From assembly GCA_945929875.1 (NCBI GenBank), contig CAMEOO010000004.1, forward strand, positions 1 through 55,627: a stretch of 55,627 bases of DNA, read 5' to 3'. The position numbers and the translations under genes were made by a program. The DNA comes from an uncultured Bacillales bacterium (GTDB lineage Bacteria; Bacillota_I; Bacilli_A; RFN20; CAG-449). Positions 47,257 through 55,627 of this stretch are shown here, piece by piece. The notes under the pieces are model-generated. The model did not search any database, was not told where the DNA came from, and worked only from the letters and a program-made list of their open reading frames with translations. Position 1 is the first letter of the stretch; each line of letters opens with the position of its first letter.

Positions 47257-49161
47257 ATGATGCAAATGAAAGATAGAAAAAAAATAATTTCTAATATTAT
47301 TTCGATGATAAATATTCTAGTGTATTGTACATTAGTTTGTTTATTCGTTGCTTTTATTGCGCCAATAATTCCAGAAAATAAAAATATTTTAATTGCAGGT
47401 TGGATTAATATCGCATTAGTGATTTTTGTTAATCTATATTCTTTATATTCAAAATATAAATCATTTAAAGAGTTAAGAAATATTAAAGATAAAATTCCAG
47501 AAATGGATTTAAATAAAGAAAACCTATTATCTCAAATTTCTATTCAAGGTAAATTTAGTATTGTTTTTATTAGCTTATCTTTATTTTTAGAACTTCTTTT
47601 ACCTTTTTCGGTAGGATACATTTCTAAAAGTTATTTCTCTTGCTTTTGCGTTGCGCTAATCTATAAGCTTTTTATTGTCAAATTCAATAAAGATCCTAAG
47701 GTTTCTTTGAAAAAAATAAAAAAGATTAACAAGATACTAAAAGAAGTAAAAGATGAACTTAATGTTAAATATAAAATTAATATTATTCCTTTAGAAGGAG
47801 TAGAAGCAAGCCTAGGGGTTGAAAATCTTCATAATAACCTTTATTTAGGAGTAGAGCTTGTTTATATTCTATCTGATGAAGAAATTAAGGCGTTCTTCTA
47901 TGCTTTACTTTCGAGTATGACTGATAATAATTATAAGATTACTAGGAAAGTGAATAATTATTTATTTTTCATCGATGAATTATCAAACCGAAGCTTTTTT
48001 CAAATTGAAGCGGGATTTACTATTAGTCTCTATCAAAAGTCTGTTACTTTATTAAACATTATCAGCAGTCAAAATGTTACCTCCATATTAGATGGGATTA
48101 AAAATAGTTCTTATGTAAAAGATTATGTCAATGCGAAATATAAAAAATCGCTATATAAAATAGCTAAGTTTTATTTATCAGTAAATGATTTTATTAAAAT
48201 CGACCTTGATAATTATTATTTGTCTTTAGTTAAAGAAACTATTAATAAAATTTCAAGTAATAAATGGATTCATGATCTAGTAAGGAAAGAAATTAGGGCA
48301 AATAACAATCCGGAGTTAACTTTTAGTGAAGTAGAAGAAAAACTTGACTATAAAGTTTCTCAAATAGAAATAAAAGTAAATGAAGGAATAAAAAATGATG
48401 GAAAGAAAATGGTAGATGCTTTTTCTTTCTCTTTAAAGAAAGAAACAAAAGAATTTATTAGTAATAATTATTTATTATTTAAGCAAGCGATAGATTTTCA
48501 AAATTATTATGAAAATTTAAAGGAAAAGACTTTTGAAAAGAAAGTAGAGTATGCTTTTTCAAATTATGTCTTAGGTGAGTATCAAAAAGCTAAAGAGATT
48601 TGCTTAGAGTTAATAAATGAAAAAAACAATTGTGAAATAGCTTATTATCTTCTTGGTAATATTTACTTAAAGGTTAATTCCTATGAATGTGAATGTAATT
48701 TACTTTATCCATATTACAAATTAGATTTCTTTATTAATTCAAGGCATCTATTAGAAAAGTTCTATTTAAATAATGGTGATAAGGAAAAACTATTAGAACA
48801 AGAAAGTGATTTTTCAAAAGCTAAGCAACTTGATTATTTAAATAAGAAAGATTCTAAATTATTATTTTCTAGCGATGAAGCAATAAAAATCAATGTGCAT
48901 GATAAAGTAAATTCTTCTTTAATAGAAGGGCTAAAAGCAAATTCAAATGTTTCAACATTAATCATGTTTGATAAATATTACGATAGCCATTATAAAATGT
49001 TTGTTCTTCTTCTTTTAAAAAAAGATGACGATCGAATGATAAAAGAGATCGAAGATTACTTTTATCTTCAGCAAGATATCGATTTAAATATCATTCAGCT
49101 AGAAGAAAAAGATAAAGAAATAATTCACAAATTTAATGATTTTATTATTTTTAAAAGATAA
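47257..49161 (+). CDS. Membrane protein with M48-like segment lacking HExxH and a TPR-like region
   Basis: Four N-terminal TM; LYLGVELVYILSDEEIKAFFYALL; YVLGEYQKAKEICLELI..AYYLLGNIYL. Confidence 0.65.
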   Translation: MMQMKDRKKIISNIISMINILVYCTLVCLFVAFIAPIIPENKNILIAGWINIALVIFVNLYSLYSKYKSFKELRNIKDKIPEMDLNKENLLSQISIQGKFSIVFISLSLFLELLLPFSVGYISKSYFSCFCVALIYKLFIVKFNKDPKVSLKKIKKINKILKEVKDELNVKYKINIIPLEGVEASLGVENLHNNLYLGVELVYILSDEEIKAFFYALLSSMTDNNYKITRKVNNYLFFIDELSNRSFFQIEAGFTISLYQKSVTLLNIISSQNVTSILDGIKNSSYVKDYVNAKYKKSLYKIAKFYLSVNDFIKIDLDNYYLSLVKETINKISSNKWIHDLVRKEIRANNNPELTFSEVEEKLDYKVSQIEIKVNEGIKNDGKKMVDAFSFSLKKETKEFISNNYLLFKQAIDFQNYYENLKEKTFEKKVEYAFSNYVLGEYQKAKEICLELINEKNNCEIAYYLLGNIYLKVNSYECECNLLYPYYKLDFFINSRHLLEKFYLNNGDKEKLLEQESDFSKAKQLDYLNKKDSKLLFSSDEAIKINVHDKVNSSLIEGLKANSNVSTLIMFDKYYDSHYKMFVLLLLKKDDDRMIKEIEDYFYLQQDIDLNIIQLEEKDKEIIHKFNDFIIFKR

Positions 49162-49244
49162 AATAAAAATGAGCTGTAATTGATAATTTAATTTTTATTT
49201 GTAAAAAGATATAATTATATAAAGTAAAAATAGGAGGAATATTT

Positions 49245-50630
49245 ATGATAGAATTCAAAACAGTAAGAGAATTGTATGAATCATATAATTATGGAGATCA
49301 TCTAGTTTTAGATTCCATTAATGAAATTGAATTAGAAGGATGGATCAGAACCAATAGAGATAATGGTTCAGTTGGATTTATTGAATTAAATGATGGGACT
49401 TATTTTAAAAACTTACAATTAGTTTATGATAAGAGCCTTGAAAATTATAATGAAATTTCTCACTATTTGACTGGAAGTGCAATTGATGTTAAAGGGAAAT
49501 TTGTCCTAACTGAAAATGGAAAGCAACCTTTTGAAGTTCACGTAACTTCTATTACTCTTGAAGGAGGAGTAGATCCTTCTTATCCTCTTCAAAAAAAGAG
49601 ACATTCTTTTGAATATTTAAGAGATATAGCTTATTTAAGGCCAAGAACCAATACATTTAACGCGGTATTTAGATTAAGAAGCGTTCTTTCTATGGCTATT
49701 CACGAATTCTTTCAAGATCAAGGCTTTGTCTATGTCCATACCCCAATTTTAACTGGAATATCGTGTGAAGGGGATAATATGTTCCATTGCACGACAAATG
49801 ATAAAGATCCAAATAGCTATTTTGGGAAACCAACTTTACTATCAGGATCAGGACAAATCCACGTTGAAGCTTTTGCAATGGCTTTTAGAGATGTCTATAC
49901 TTTTGGCCCTACTTTTAGAAGCGAAAAATCAAATACAAAAACTCATGCGTCAGAATTTTGGATGATTGAACCAGAAATTGCTTTCGCGGATTTAGAAGAT
50001 GATATGCAACTTATTGAAGATTGCTTAATCTATTGCATAAAATATTGTTTTGAAAACGCTCCAGAAGAAATGGAATTCTTCGATAAGTTCATCGATAATA
50101 CTTTGAAGCAAAGATTGAACCATGTTATTAATACACCATTTAGAAGAATGGAATATACAGAAGCGATAGAAATACTTCAAAAGGCAGTTAAAGATGGTCA
50201 CCAATTTGAAAATAAGAATATCTATTGGGGATTAGATTTACAAAGTGAACACGAAAGATACATTACCGAAGAAGTAGTTAAAGGCCCTGTCTTTTTAATT
50301 AATTATCCTAAAGAGATTAAATCTTTCTATATGAGAGACAACGACGATGGGAAAACCGTTGCGGCTTGCGATTTACTGGTTCCAGGAATTGGTGAACTAG
50401 TTGGAGGATCTCAAAGAGAAGAACGTTACGATGTTCTTGAAAAGAAAATGAAAGATGCAAATATGAATGTGGAAGCATATCAATGGTATCTTGACTTAAG
50501 AAGATATGGTGGTTGTAAGCACGCCGGATTTGGAATTGGCTTTGAAAGATTACTAATGTATCTAAGTGGAATGGAAAACATCAGAGACGTAGAAGCATTC
50601 CCAAGAACATATGGTAAAATCGATTACTAG
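49245..50630 (+). CDS. asnS: Asparagine--tRNA ligase
   Basis: GWIRT, FIELNDG, YTFGPTFRSE, EFWMIEPE, DLQSEHER, WYLDLRRYG, GFERL. Confidence 0.96.
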   Translation: MIEFKTVRELYESYNYGDHLVLDSINEIELEGWIRTNRDNGSVGFIELNDGTYFKNLQLVYDKSLENYNEISHYLTGSAIDVKGKFVLTENGKQPFEVHVTSITLEGGVDPSYPLQKKRHSFEYLRDIAYLRPRTNTFNAVFRLRSVLSMAIHEFFQDQGFVYVHTPILTGISCEGDNMFHCTTNDKDPNSYFGKPTLLSGSGQIHVEAFAMAFRDVYTFGPTFRSEKSNTKTHASEFWMIEPEIAFADLEDDMQLIEDCLIYCIKYCFENAPEEMEFFDKFIDNTLKQRLNHVINTPFRRMEYTEAIEILQKAVKDGHQFENKNIYWGLDLQSEHERYITEEVVKGPVFLINYPKEIKSFYMRDNDDGKTVAACDLLVPGIGELVGGSQREERYDVLEKKMKDANMNVEAYQWYLDLRRYGGCKHAGFGIGFERLLMYLSGMENIRDVEAFPRTYGKIDY

Positions 50631-50638
50631 AGGGAAAT

Positions 50639-51718
50639 ATGGCTACAGAATTACAAGAATTTACTCAAGAAGAAGCATTAAAGAAAAAAATTAGGCAAAA
50701 GAAAAGAATTAGAGGTTGCTTAATTGTTTTAAATGCGCTTCTACTTTGCTATTTTTCTTATCTAGTGGTTGATACGATTGTTCAAAAAGTTGTTGAAAAG
50801 AAACAAGAAATCAATAATGAGATTATTCAATTAAATGGAAAATCTAGTTCTAAGAGTAAAGAGATTTACGAGAAATATATTTATAAAACTGTAGATGTTA
50901 ACGATTTTGCTACTTATGGTAAGTATCTTCTAACATCTAGTTCTAGAGTAAGTTATGATGATCTTCATTTTGAAAATGAGATTAAACTAATTAATCTTTT
51001 AGAAGATAATTTTACTGCTGAATCAAAATTTTATTTTAACTTAGGTTCAAAACTTGATGAACAGTTAGACTTATGTTCTTTAGATGTTGGCGATTATATG
51101 ATTTGCACGAGCATTACTCAAACAAAAGGGATAGCTTATCATTATACTGGTGATGACCTTTTAGAAATTACTTTATATAGTTTCCCTGATGAATTAAACC
51201 ATCGAAAAAAGATTACTATTAGAGGTAAAGAATCTTCTCCAGCACTTGTTATTTCTATTGAAGCAATTAATCTACTTCCTAAGGATAATTACGATTTTGT
51301 CGTTATTGGAAATGAAAGTGAACTACCAATCTTTAAAAATACAAACTACCAAGTTAAATATGTAACTACCTTAAAAGAAGCTTATTTAACTAATGCAAGC
51401 TATGCAATCAATCTACTTGATGAAGAAGATACTATAATTAGTTCTAATTATGTGAGTTTAGATACAAAGAAACCAGATAAAATAATCGGGTCAGCCTATG
51501 ATTCATTAGATAGTGAAAATTCTATTAGAGAATTAGGTGGATATGTATTTAATGCCGGTTATGGGGTAAAAAAAGAAGTAGGTGAAGATATTTCTAAAGC
51601 ATCACTTGAAATTAAATCGACAGGAAAAGAAGTAAGAAAAGGGAAATATACTCTTTCAGTAGGTAAAAAAATTACTTTAAAAGATATAGAAAGTTTATTA
51701 GGAGTGAAAAATGAGTAA
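50639..51718 (+). CDS. Single-TM membrane-anchored protein, possible degenerate Amidase_3-type protein
   Basis: Basic N-terminus plus one TM; LPKDNYDFVVIG and IRELGG segments; 8-bp overlap with galE. Confidence 0.7.
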   Translation: MATELQEFTQEEALKKKIRQKKRIRGCLIVLNALLLCYFSYLVVDTIVQKVVEKKQEINNEIIQLNGKSSSKSKEIYEKYIYKTVDVNDFATYGKYLLTSSSRVSYDDLHFENEIKLINLLEDNFTAESKFYFNLGSKLDEQLDLCSLDVGDYMICTSITQTKGIAYHYTGDDLLEITLYSFPDELNHRKKITIRGKESSPALVISIEAINLLPKDNYDFVVIGNESELPIFKNTNYQVKYVTTLKEAYLTNASYAINLLDEEDTIISSNYVSLDTKKPDKIIGSAYDSLDSENSIRELGGYVFNAGYGVKKEVGEDISKASLEIKSTGKEVRKGKYTLSVGKKITLKDIESLLGVKNE

Positions 51719-52697
51719 AATACTAATTGTTGGTGGAGCGGGTTATATCGGCTCAATTAATGTAAGATTATTTTTAGATAAAGGCTACGATGTCGTCGTA
51801 GTTGATAATTTAAATACAGGGCATATTTCAAGTGTTGATCAAAGAGCAAAGTTCTATAAGCTCGATATTAGAAATAAAGAAGAATTAACTAAGATTTTAA
51901 TTGAAGAAAAAATCGATGCTGTAGTTCATTTTGCTGCCCTCTCTCTAGTGGGAGTAAGCATGAAAGATCCATTATCGTATTTTGATAACAATGTCTATGG
52001 AATGATTTGCTTACTTCAAGCGATGCAAGAAGCAAAAGTGAATAAAATCGTCTTCTCTTCTAGCGCAGCCACCTATGGGGAGCAAGATCAAATGCCTTTG
52101 AATGAGGAAAGTACTACTCATCCTACTTCAGTGTATGGGGAAACAAAATTAATGATGGAAACCATCATGAAGTGGTGCGATGAATGCATTGGGATAAAAT
52201 ATGTGTCATTAAGATACTTTAATGCGGCAGGAGCAAGTAGTGATGGAACTTTAGGCGAAGATCATAATCCAGAAACCCATTTAATTCCTTTAATTCTCCA
52301 AGTACCTTTAGGTAAAAGAGATCACATCAACGTATTTGGAAATGATTATCCAACTAGAGATGGAACTTGCATCAGAGATTATATTCACGTTGAAGATTTA
52401 GCTTCTGCACACGTAAAGGCAATTGAATATCTATTAGAAGGGAATCCTTCAAATATCTTTAATTTAGGTAGTGGAGATGGACAAAGCGTCAATGAAATGA
52501 TTTCCACAAGTGAAAAAGTAGTAGGAAAAGAAATCAAAAAAGAATACGTAGAAAGAAGACCAGGAGATCCTGCAATATTAATTGCTTCAAATAAAAAAGC
52601 AAAAGAAGTGCTTCATTGGGAAAATAAAAAGAATCTCGAGGACATCATTTCTTCAGCATATAACTTTCATAAGAAAAATCCTAACGGACTAAAATAA
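51711..52697 (+). CDS. galE: UDP-glucose 4-epimerase
   Basis: GGAGYIGS, HFAA, FSSSAATYG, YGETK, LRYFN, RDYIHV. Confidence 0.96.
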   Translation: MSKILIVGGAGYIGSINVRLFLDKGYDVVVVDNLNTGHISSVDQRAKFYKLDIRNKEELTKILIEEKIDAVVHFAALSLVGVSMKDPLSYFDNNVYGMICLLQAMQEAKVNKIVFSSSAATYGEQDQMPLNEESTTHPTSVYGETKLMMETIMKWCDECIGIKYVSLRYFNAAGASSDGTLGEDHNPETHLIPLILQVPLGKRDHINVFGNDYPTRDGTCIRDYIHVEDLASAHVKAIEYLLEGNPSNIFNLGSGDGQSVNEMISTSEKVVGKEIKKEYVERRPGDPAILIASNKKAKEVLHWENKKNLEDIISSAYNFHKKNPNGLK

Positions 52698-52703
52698 ATT
52701 ATC

Positions 52704-52727
52704 AAGCACATGAAAAATGTGCTTTTT
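52704..52727 (+). terminator. Intrinsic terminator after galE
   Basis: AAGCACA-TGAAAAA-TGTGCTT followed by T's. Confidence 0.75.
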
Positions 52728-52731
52728 AAAT

Positions 52732-52757
52732 AAAAAAAACTTAAGGATAACCTTAAG
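52732..52757 (-). terminator. Intrinsic terminator of the small minus-strand transcript
   Basis: Minus strand CTTAAGG-TTAT-CCTTAAG followed by T8. Confidence 0.8.
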
Positions 52758-52800
52758 CCTTATAATACTACATAGATGTTCTAATTGGTTTTTATTCCAA

Positions 52801-52809
52801 TTAGTACAA
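52801..52809 (-). other. Minigene TTG-TAC-TAA (Met-Tyr-stop)
   Basis: Perfect SD TAAGGAGG (52815-52822), 5-nt spacer, then TTG TAC TAA. Confidence 0.4.
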
Positions 52810-52838
52810 TTTTTCCTCCTTACTCAAGTATTATTACT

Positions 52839-52895
52839 TTAAAGTGGATAGAAATAAATATAAAGATTTGATAGATATTGATATAAATATGACAA
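52839..52895 (-). CDS. Tyr-rich 18-aa peptide MSYLYQYLSNLYIYFYPL
   Basis: SD AAGAAGGAG, 5-nt spacer, TTG start; six TAT codons; below the ORF-track size cutoff. Confidence 0.5.
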   Translation of the reverse strand: MSYLYQYLSNLYIYFYPL

Positions 52896-52921
52896 GATAT
52901 CTCCTTCTTTATATTGCTAGT

Positions 52922-52950
52922 ATTATATGATAGAAAAAAATAAAATGCAA
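52922..52950 (-). promoter_or_regulatory. Near-consensus sigma-A promoter
   Basis: TTGCAT-17 nt-TATAAT on the minus strand. Confidence 0.8.
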
Positions 52951-52961
52951 CAACAATTTTT

Positions 52962-53654
52962 TTAAGTTTCTTCTTTAATGACTTTTGTTAATTCTTCATC
53001 AGGCTTTTTAATGTGAACCCCACGAGCTTGAAGTTTGGCTTCTTTTAAAGCATTTAAATCTTTCTTATAATATTCATTTGACACCTTTATTGTGCGAATG
53101 TTTCTTATAAGTAAAACGATAGAACATAAGATAAAATGGATAATCCCATAAATCATTCCAAGATCAAAAATATAAGTTAACCAAGCATCGACTTTATCAA
53201 AGTGGAAGAGAGGAACTTTACTAACTTGAGGCCATCTAGCAAGCACTGGAATAAAACCTAATAATAGTTCTCCTGTATTTTCCCAATCTAGCGCAAAAGA
53301 AAGATCTTTATTATATTTACCAATAAAGCTCAAATCAAATCCGACAACGCACATATAAATAAAAATTGTTAACATGGATAGCAAGATAAAGAAAACTGGA
53401 ATTCTCGCAGAAAAATAAAACTTTCTTCGATTCTTTTCCCATGAAACTTTTCTAAAATGCTTCTTATTTAATATCACTTCAGCATCTAGTAAATCATACA
53501 TGGAATTATCAACAAAATCGGCTTTTTTACTTAAAATGTGTTTTATTAATTTAACTAGATATCCAATTAATACTAAAAGGATGATTAGCACTAAACATAG
53601 AGCAATTAAAACTCTTTTATCAGATTCGGATAATTTTAATAGAAGATTTATCAT
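52962..53654 (-). CDS. Membrane protein of unknown function (about 3 TM)
   Basis: 230-aa ORF with hydrophobic segments; ATGA-coupled to the upstream ORF; SD GAGGAGG. Confidence 0.8.
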   Translation of the reverse strand: MINLLLKLSESDKRVLIALCLVLIILLVLIGYLVKLIKHILSKKADFVDNSMYDLLDAEVILNKKHFRKVSWEKNRRKFYFSARIPVFFILLSMLTIFIYMCVVGFDLSFIGKYNKDLSFALDWENTGELLLGFIPVLARWPQVSKVPLFHFDKVDAWLTYIFDLGMIYGIIHFILCSIVLLIRNIRTIKVSNEYYKKDLNALKEAKLQARGVHIKKPDEELTKVIKEET

Positions 53655-54082
53655 AATTCATCCTCCTCTTCTTTTGCTTCTTCTTTGTTTTCAATAAGAG
53701 AACTTTCGTTAGGTAAAGAATTTTCACTTGGATTATTGGAACTTGGAATTTGAACGGATTTTAAAACCCCATTTTGATCGGTTTGAATAATAATTGGTTG
53801 AACTAGAGTTGTAGTTGTTTTTTCAATGACTGGAGAAGGTTGAATAGCTTTTTTGACTTCATCTTCTTCATCTTGCTGTTTGATGTGAAGTTTAGCAAGC
53901 TTATCGATTTTCATTTCATCTTTCATGTCTTCGCCAGAAAAGAACATAAATATTCTTTTAAAGAACATGAAAAGGAATACGGCTAAAGAATAAACCGTAT
54001 ATACTAGGACGATGATTAATAAAATTGGAGACAAGATTAGATATAAAATCCCTTGCCCACATGTTTTTAAAAAATCAAACAT
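53651..54082 (-). CDS. Membrane-anchored protein with low-complexity C-terminus
   Basis: Long N-terminal hydrophobic stretch, Pro/Thr/Ser/Glu-rich tail; SD GAGG. Confidence 0.78.
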   Translation of the reverse strand: MFDFLKTCGQGILYLILSPILLIIVLVYTVYSLAVFLFMFFKRIFMFFSGEDMKDEMKIDKLAKLHIKQQDEEDEVKKAIQPSPVIEKTTTTLVQPIIIQTDQNGVLKSVQIPSSNNPSENSLPNESSLIENKEEAKEEEDEL

Positions 54083-54114
54083 AAAGCTTTACCTCTTTAA
54101 ATATTTTACCTATT

Positions 54115-55050
54115 TTAATTTAATTTATCAAATATAGATGAGGTAATTCTACTTTTCTTGACGATTTTTTGATAAAACACGATATAAGATGAAGTTATTA
54201 ACTGACTAATTAATGGAATTAAGAATAAGTATGGCTGATATGTTCTTTCTACGTAAGATAAAAGAATGATCATTACGATGATGGAAATAAAATATAAAGG
54301 TAATTGAATAAAAAGAATATCTTTTTTTCGATAATAAGAGAAATTATAGTATCCTAAAACTACTCCCATATAGAAAGATATACCGATTAATAAATAGCCG
54401 ATTTTATTATTAAAAAACATGAAGAAAATCGTCAATATAATCAAACTTGTTTCGATTGATAAATTTAGGATGAACTTATTTTTATTTTCATTAAACTCAT
54501 AATCGAATTTCTTTAGCTCTGAAGTAATTATTAAGTAAGATAAGGAAGCTTGAATTAAAGATAGCATAAACAAGAATAAAAAGTAAGTTTTTGAAAAGGT
54601 AGATTCACTAATTTTAATTAGTGAAGCCATCGTATTAACTAAATTGATATTGTAGATAAAATTGATTAAGTAAGTAGAACCAATTTGCATAATTAATAGC
54701 ATTAACGCGTCAATTAATATAATGTAGTAGCCTTGAATATATATTCTTATTAATTTTCCAAATATTAACCCTGAGATTAAAGAAGGGATAATGATAAAAA
54801 GAGCTAATTGGAAATCGATTATGCTGATTAAAAAAGTTGATGCTATATAGATTAATGAATATTTATAATTTACATTGACCGCAACTAGAGAAGCGCATAA
54901 AGGTAAGACTAGGCTCAATAATAAGCCGATATCTCCAATAAAGTAACTAAGAATCACTAAAACTATTGATATCGCACTTAATATAGAAACAAACGTTAGA
55001 GCATTTACTTTTTCATAACGATATTTATTTTGGTTTTTCAAAATTATCAC
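54115..55050 (-). CDS. Polytopic membrane protein (N-terminus resembles DUF2232/YybS)
   Basis: About 9-10 TM; LTFVSILSAISIVL..LVLPL..ISGLIFG pattern. Confidence 0.7.
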   Translation of the reverse strand: MIILKNQNKYRYEKVNALTFVSILSAISIVLVILSYFIGDIGLLLSLVLPLCASLVAVNVNYKYSLIYIASTFLISIIDFQLALFIIIPSLISGLIFGKLIRIYIQGYYIILIDALMLLIMQIGSTYLINFIYNINLVNTMASLIKISESTFSKTYFLFLFMLSLIQASLSYLIITSELKKFDYEFNENKNKFILNLSIETSLIILTIFFMFFNNKIGYLLIGISFYMGVVLGYYNFSYYRKKDILFIQLPLYFISIIVMIILLSYVERTYQPYLFLIPLISQLITSSYIVFYQKIVKKSRITSSIFDKLN

Positions 55051-55123
55051 CTAATTAATTGTAGCATAATTATTGGGATTTTTATCTTGCGATTGCTAAT
55101 TATTTAGTAGAAGGAGAAAATCT

Positions 55124-55543
55124 ATGTTAAAAAATATAATAGTTCTTATACTTATTTGCATTAAAATACTTAGTTTGTATAATAACTCTTTCCCAAAGGA
55201 AGAATATGATTATCTAAGTCATAAGATTGCTTTTTCAAACTTACTATTAATGGATAAAGATGAATATCAGGTTCTTTTTTATCTAGAAAGTTGCCCCAAT
55301 TGCTCTTTGACTTTGGAAATAATAAATAAAAGAAAACTTTACCAGTATACAAATATATACTACATAGATATTTTAGAGGTTGATGAAAGAAATAAGATTA
55401 CAACTATAAATAATGTTGGAATAAGTAATTATGAAGAAGTTCAAGTAAATGTAGTTCCTTTACTATTTGATATAAGAAAAAAAATCATAGCTCAGATAAT
55501 TGGAAAAGACCAAATAATCGATTATTTAGAGTTAATGACCTAA
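55124..55543 (+). CDS. Exported thioredoxin-fold protein
   Basis: N-terminal hydrophobic segment, VLFYLESCPNC (CxxC), IYYIDI, VVPLL (cis-Pro loop). Confidence 0.75.
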   Translation: MLKNIIVLILICIKILSLYNNSFPKEEYDYLSHKIAFSNLLLMDKDEYQVLFYLESCPNCSLTLEIINKRKLYQYTNIYYIDILEVDERNKITTINNVGISNYEEVQVNVVPLLFDIRKKIIAQIIGKDQIIDYLELMT

Positions 55544-55627
55544 AAAGAAAGAAGTGATAATCATTAATGTAACATTGAATTAATTTTTTGTAGGTCGAGT
55601 AAGTAATACTTAAGCTACTTTATAAAT

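Larger units (their letters stand above)
52732..52915 (-). ncRNA. Predicted ~185-nt small transcript (sRNA or mini-ORF mRNA)
   Basis: Bounded by a near-consensus promoter and an intrinsic terminator; contains two SD motifs and internal hairpins. Confidence 0.6.

Noticed and set aside
49162-49244. T-box leader upstream of asnS
   Set aside because: The intergenic region is only 83 bp with no GGTGGNACCGCG motif.
52839-52895. Complete RiPP cluster around the YxY peptide
   Set aside because: No P450, radical SAM or other maturase or dedicated exporter is adjacent; kept only as an in-trans possibility.
52732-52915. 6S RNA identity for the small transcript
   Set aside because: The length fits, but I could not find the long 5'/3' closing stem and central bubble. 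Not formally excluded without Infernal.

Overview
AT-rich chromosomal window from a genome-reduced Bacilli of the Erysipelotrichales/Mollicutes-related type; an uncultured gut lineage such as RFN20/RF39 is an inference only. It uses code 11, since TGA terminates trmFO. It starts with the probable 3' end of a short 5S rRNA. It then runs through a rearranged Firmicute core region (yloU-fakA-recG-plsX-rnc-ftsY-ylxM-ffh, an INVERTED rpsP-khpA-rimM-trmD block, rplS-lepB-rbgA-rnhB-dprA-topA-trmFO-xerC-rpsB-tsf-pyrH-frr). Next come an isoprenoid cluster (ispH-uppS convergent with dxs), uvrA, PPi-type PFK, dut, rex, peptidases, asnS, galE and membrane hypotheticals. No CRISPR array, IS element, prophage or tRNA was seen. 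The most unusual element is a stand-alone ~185-nt minus-strand transcription unit at 52732-52950. It has a near-consensus promoter, an intrinsic terminator and two SD-led TTG mini-ORFs: a Tyr-rich 18-mer (MSYLYQYLSNLYIYFYPL) and a Met-Tyr-stop minigene buried in a hairpin. Other leads: an orphaned L19-leader-like relic at the inversion breakpoint, a 40-bp element repeated upstream of yloU and dprA, two lipoproteins sharing a Ser-rich stalk, and several apparently inactivated envelope proteins (amidase-like, M48-like, pilin-like). All family assignments are from motif recognition, not database searches.
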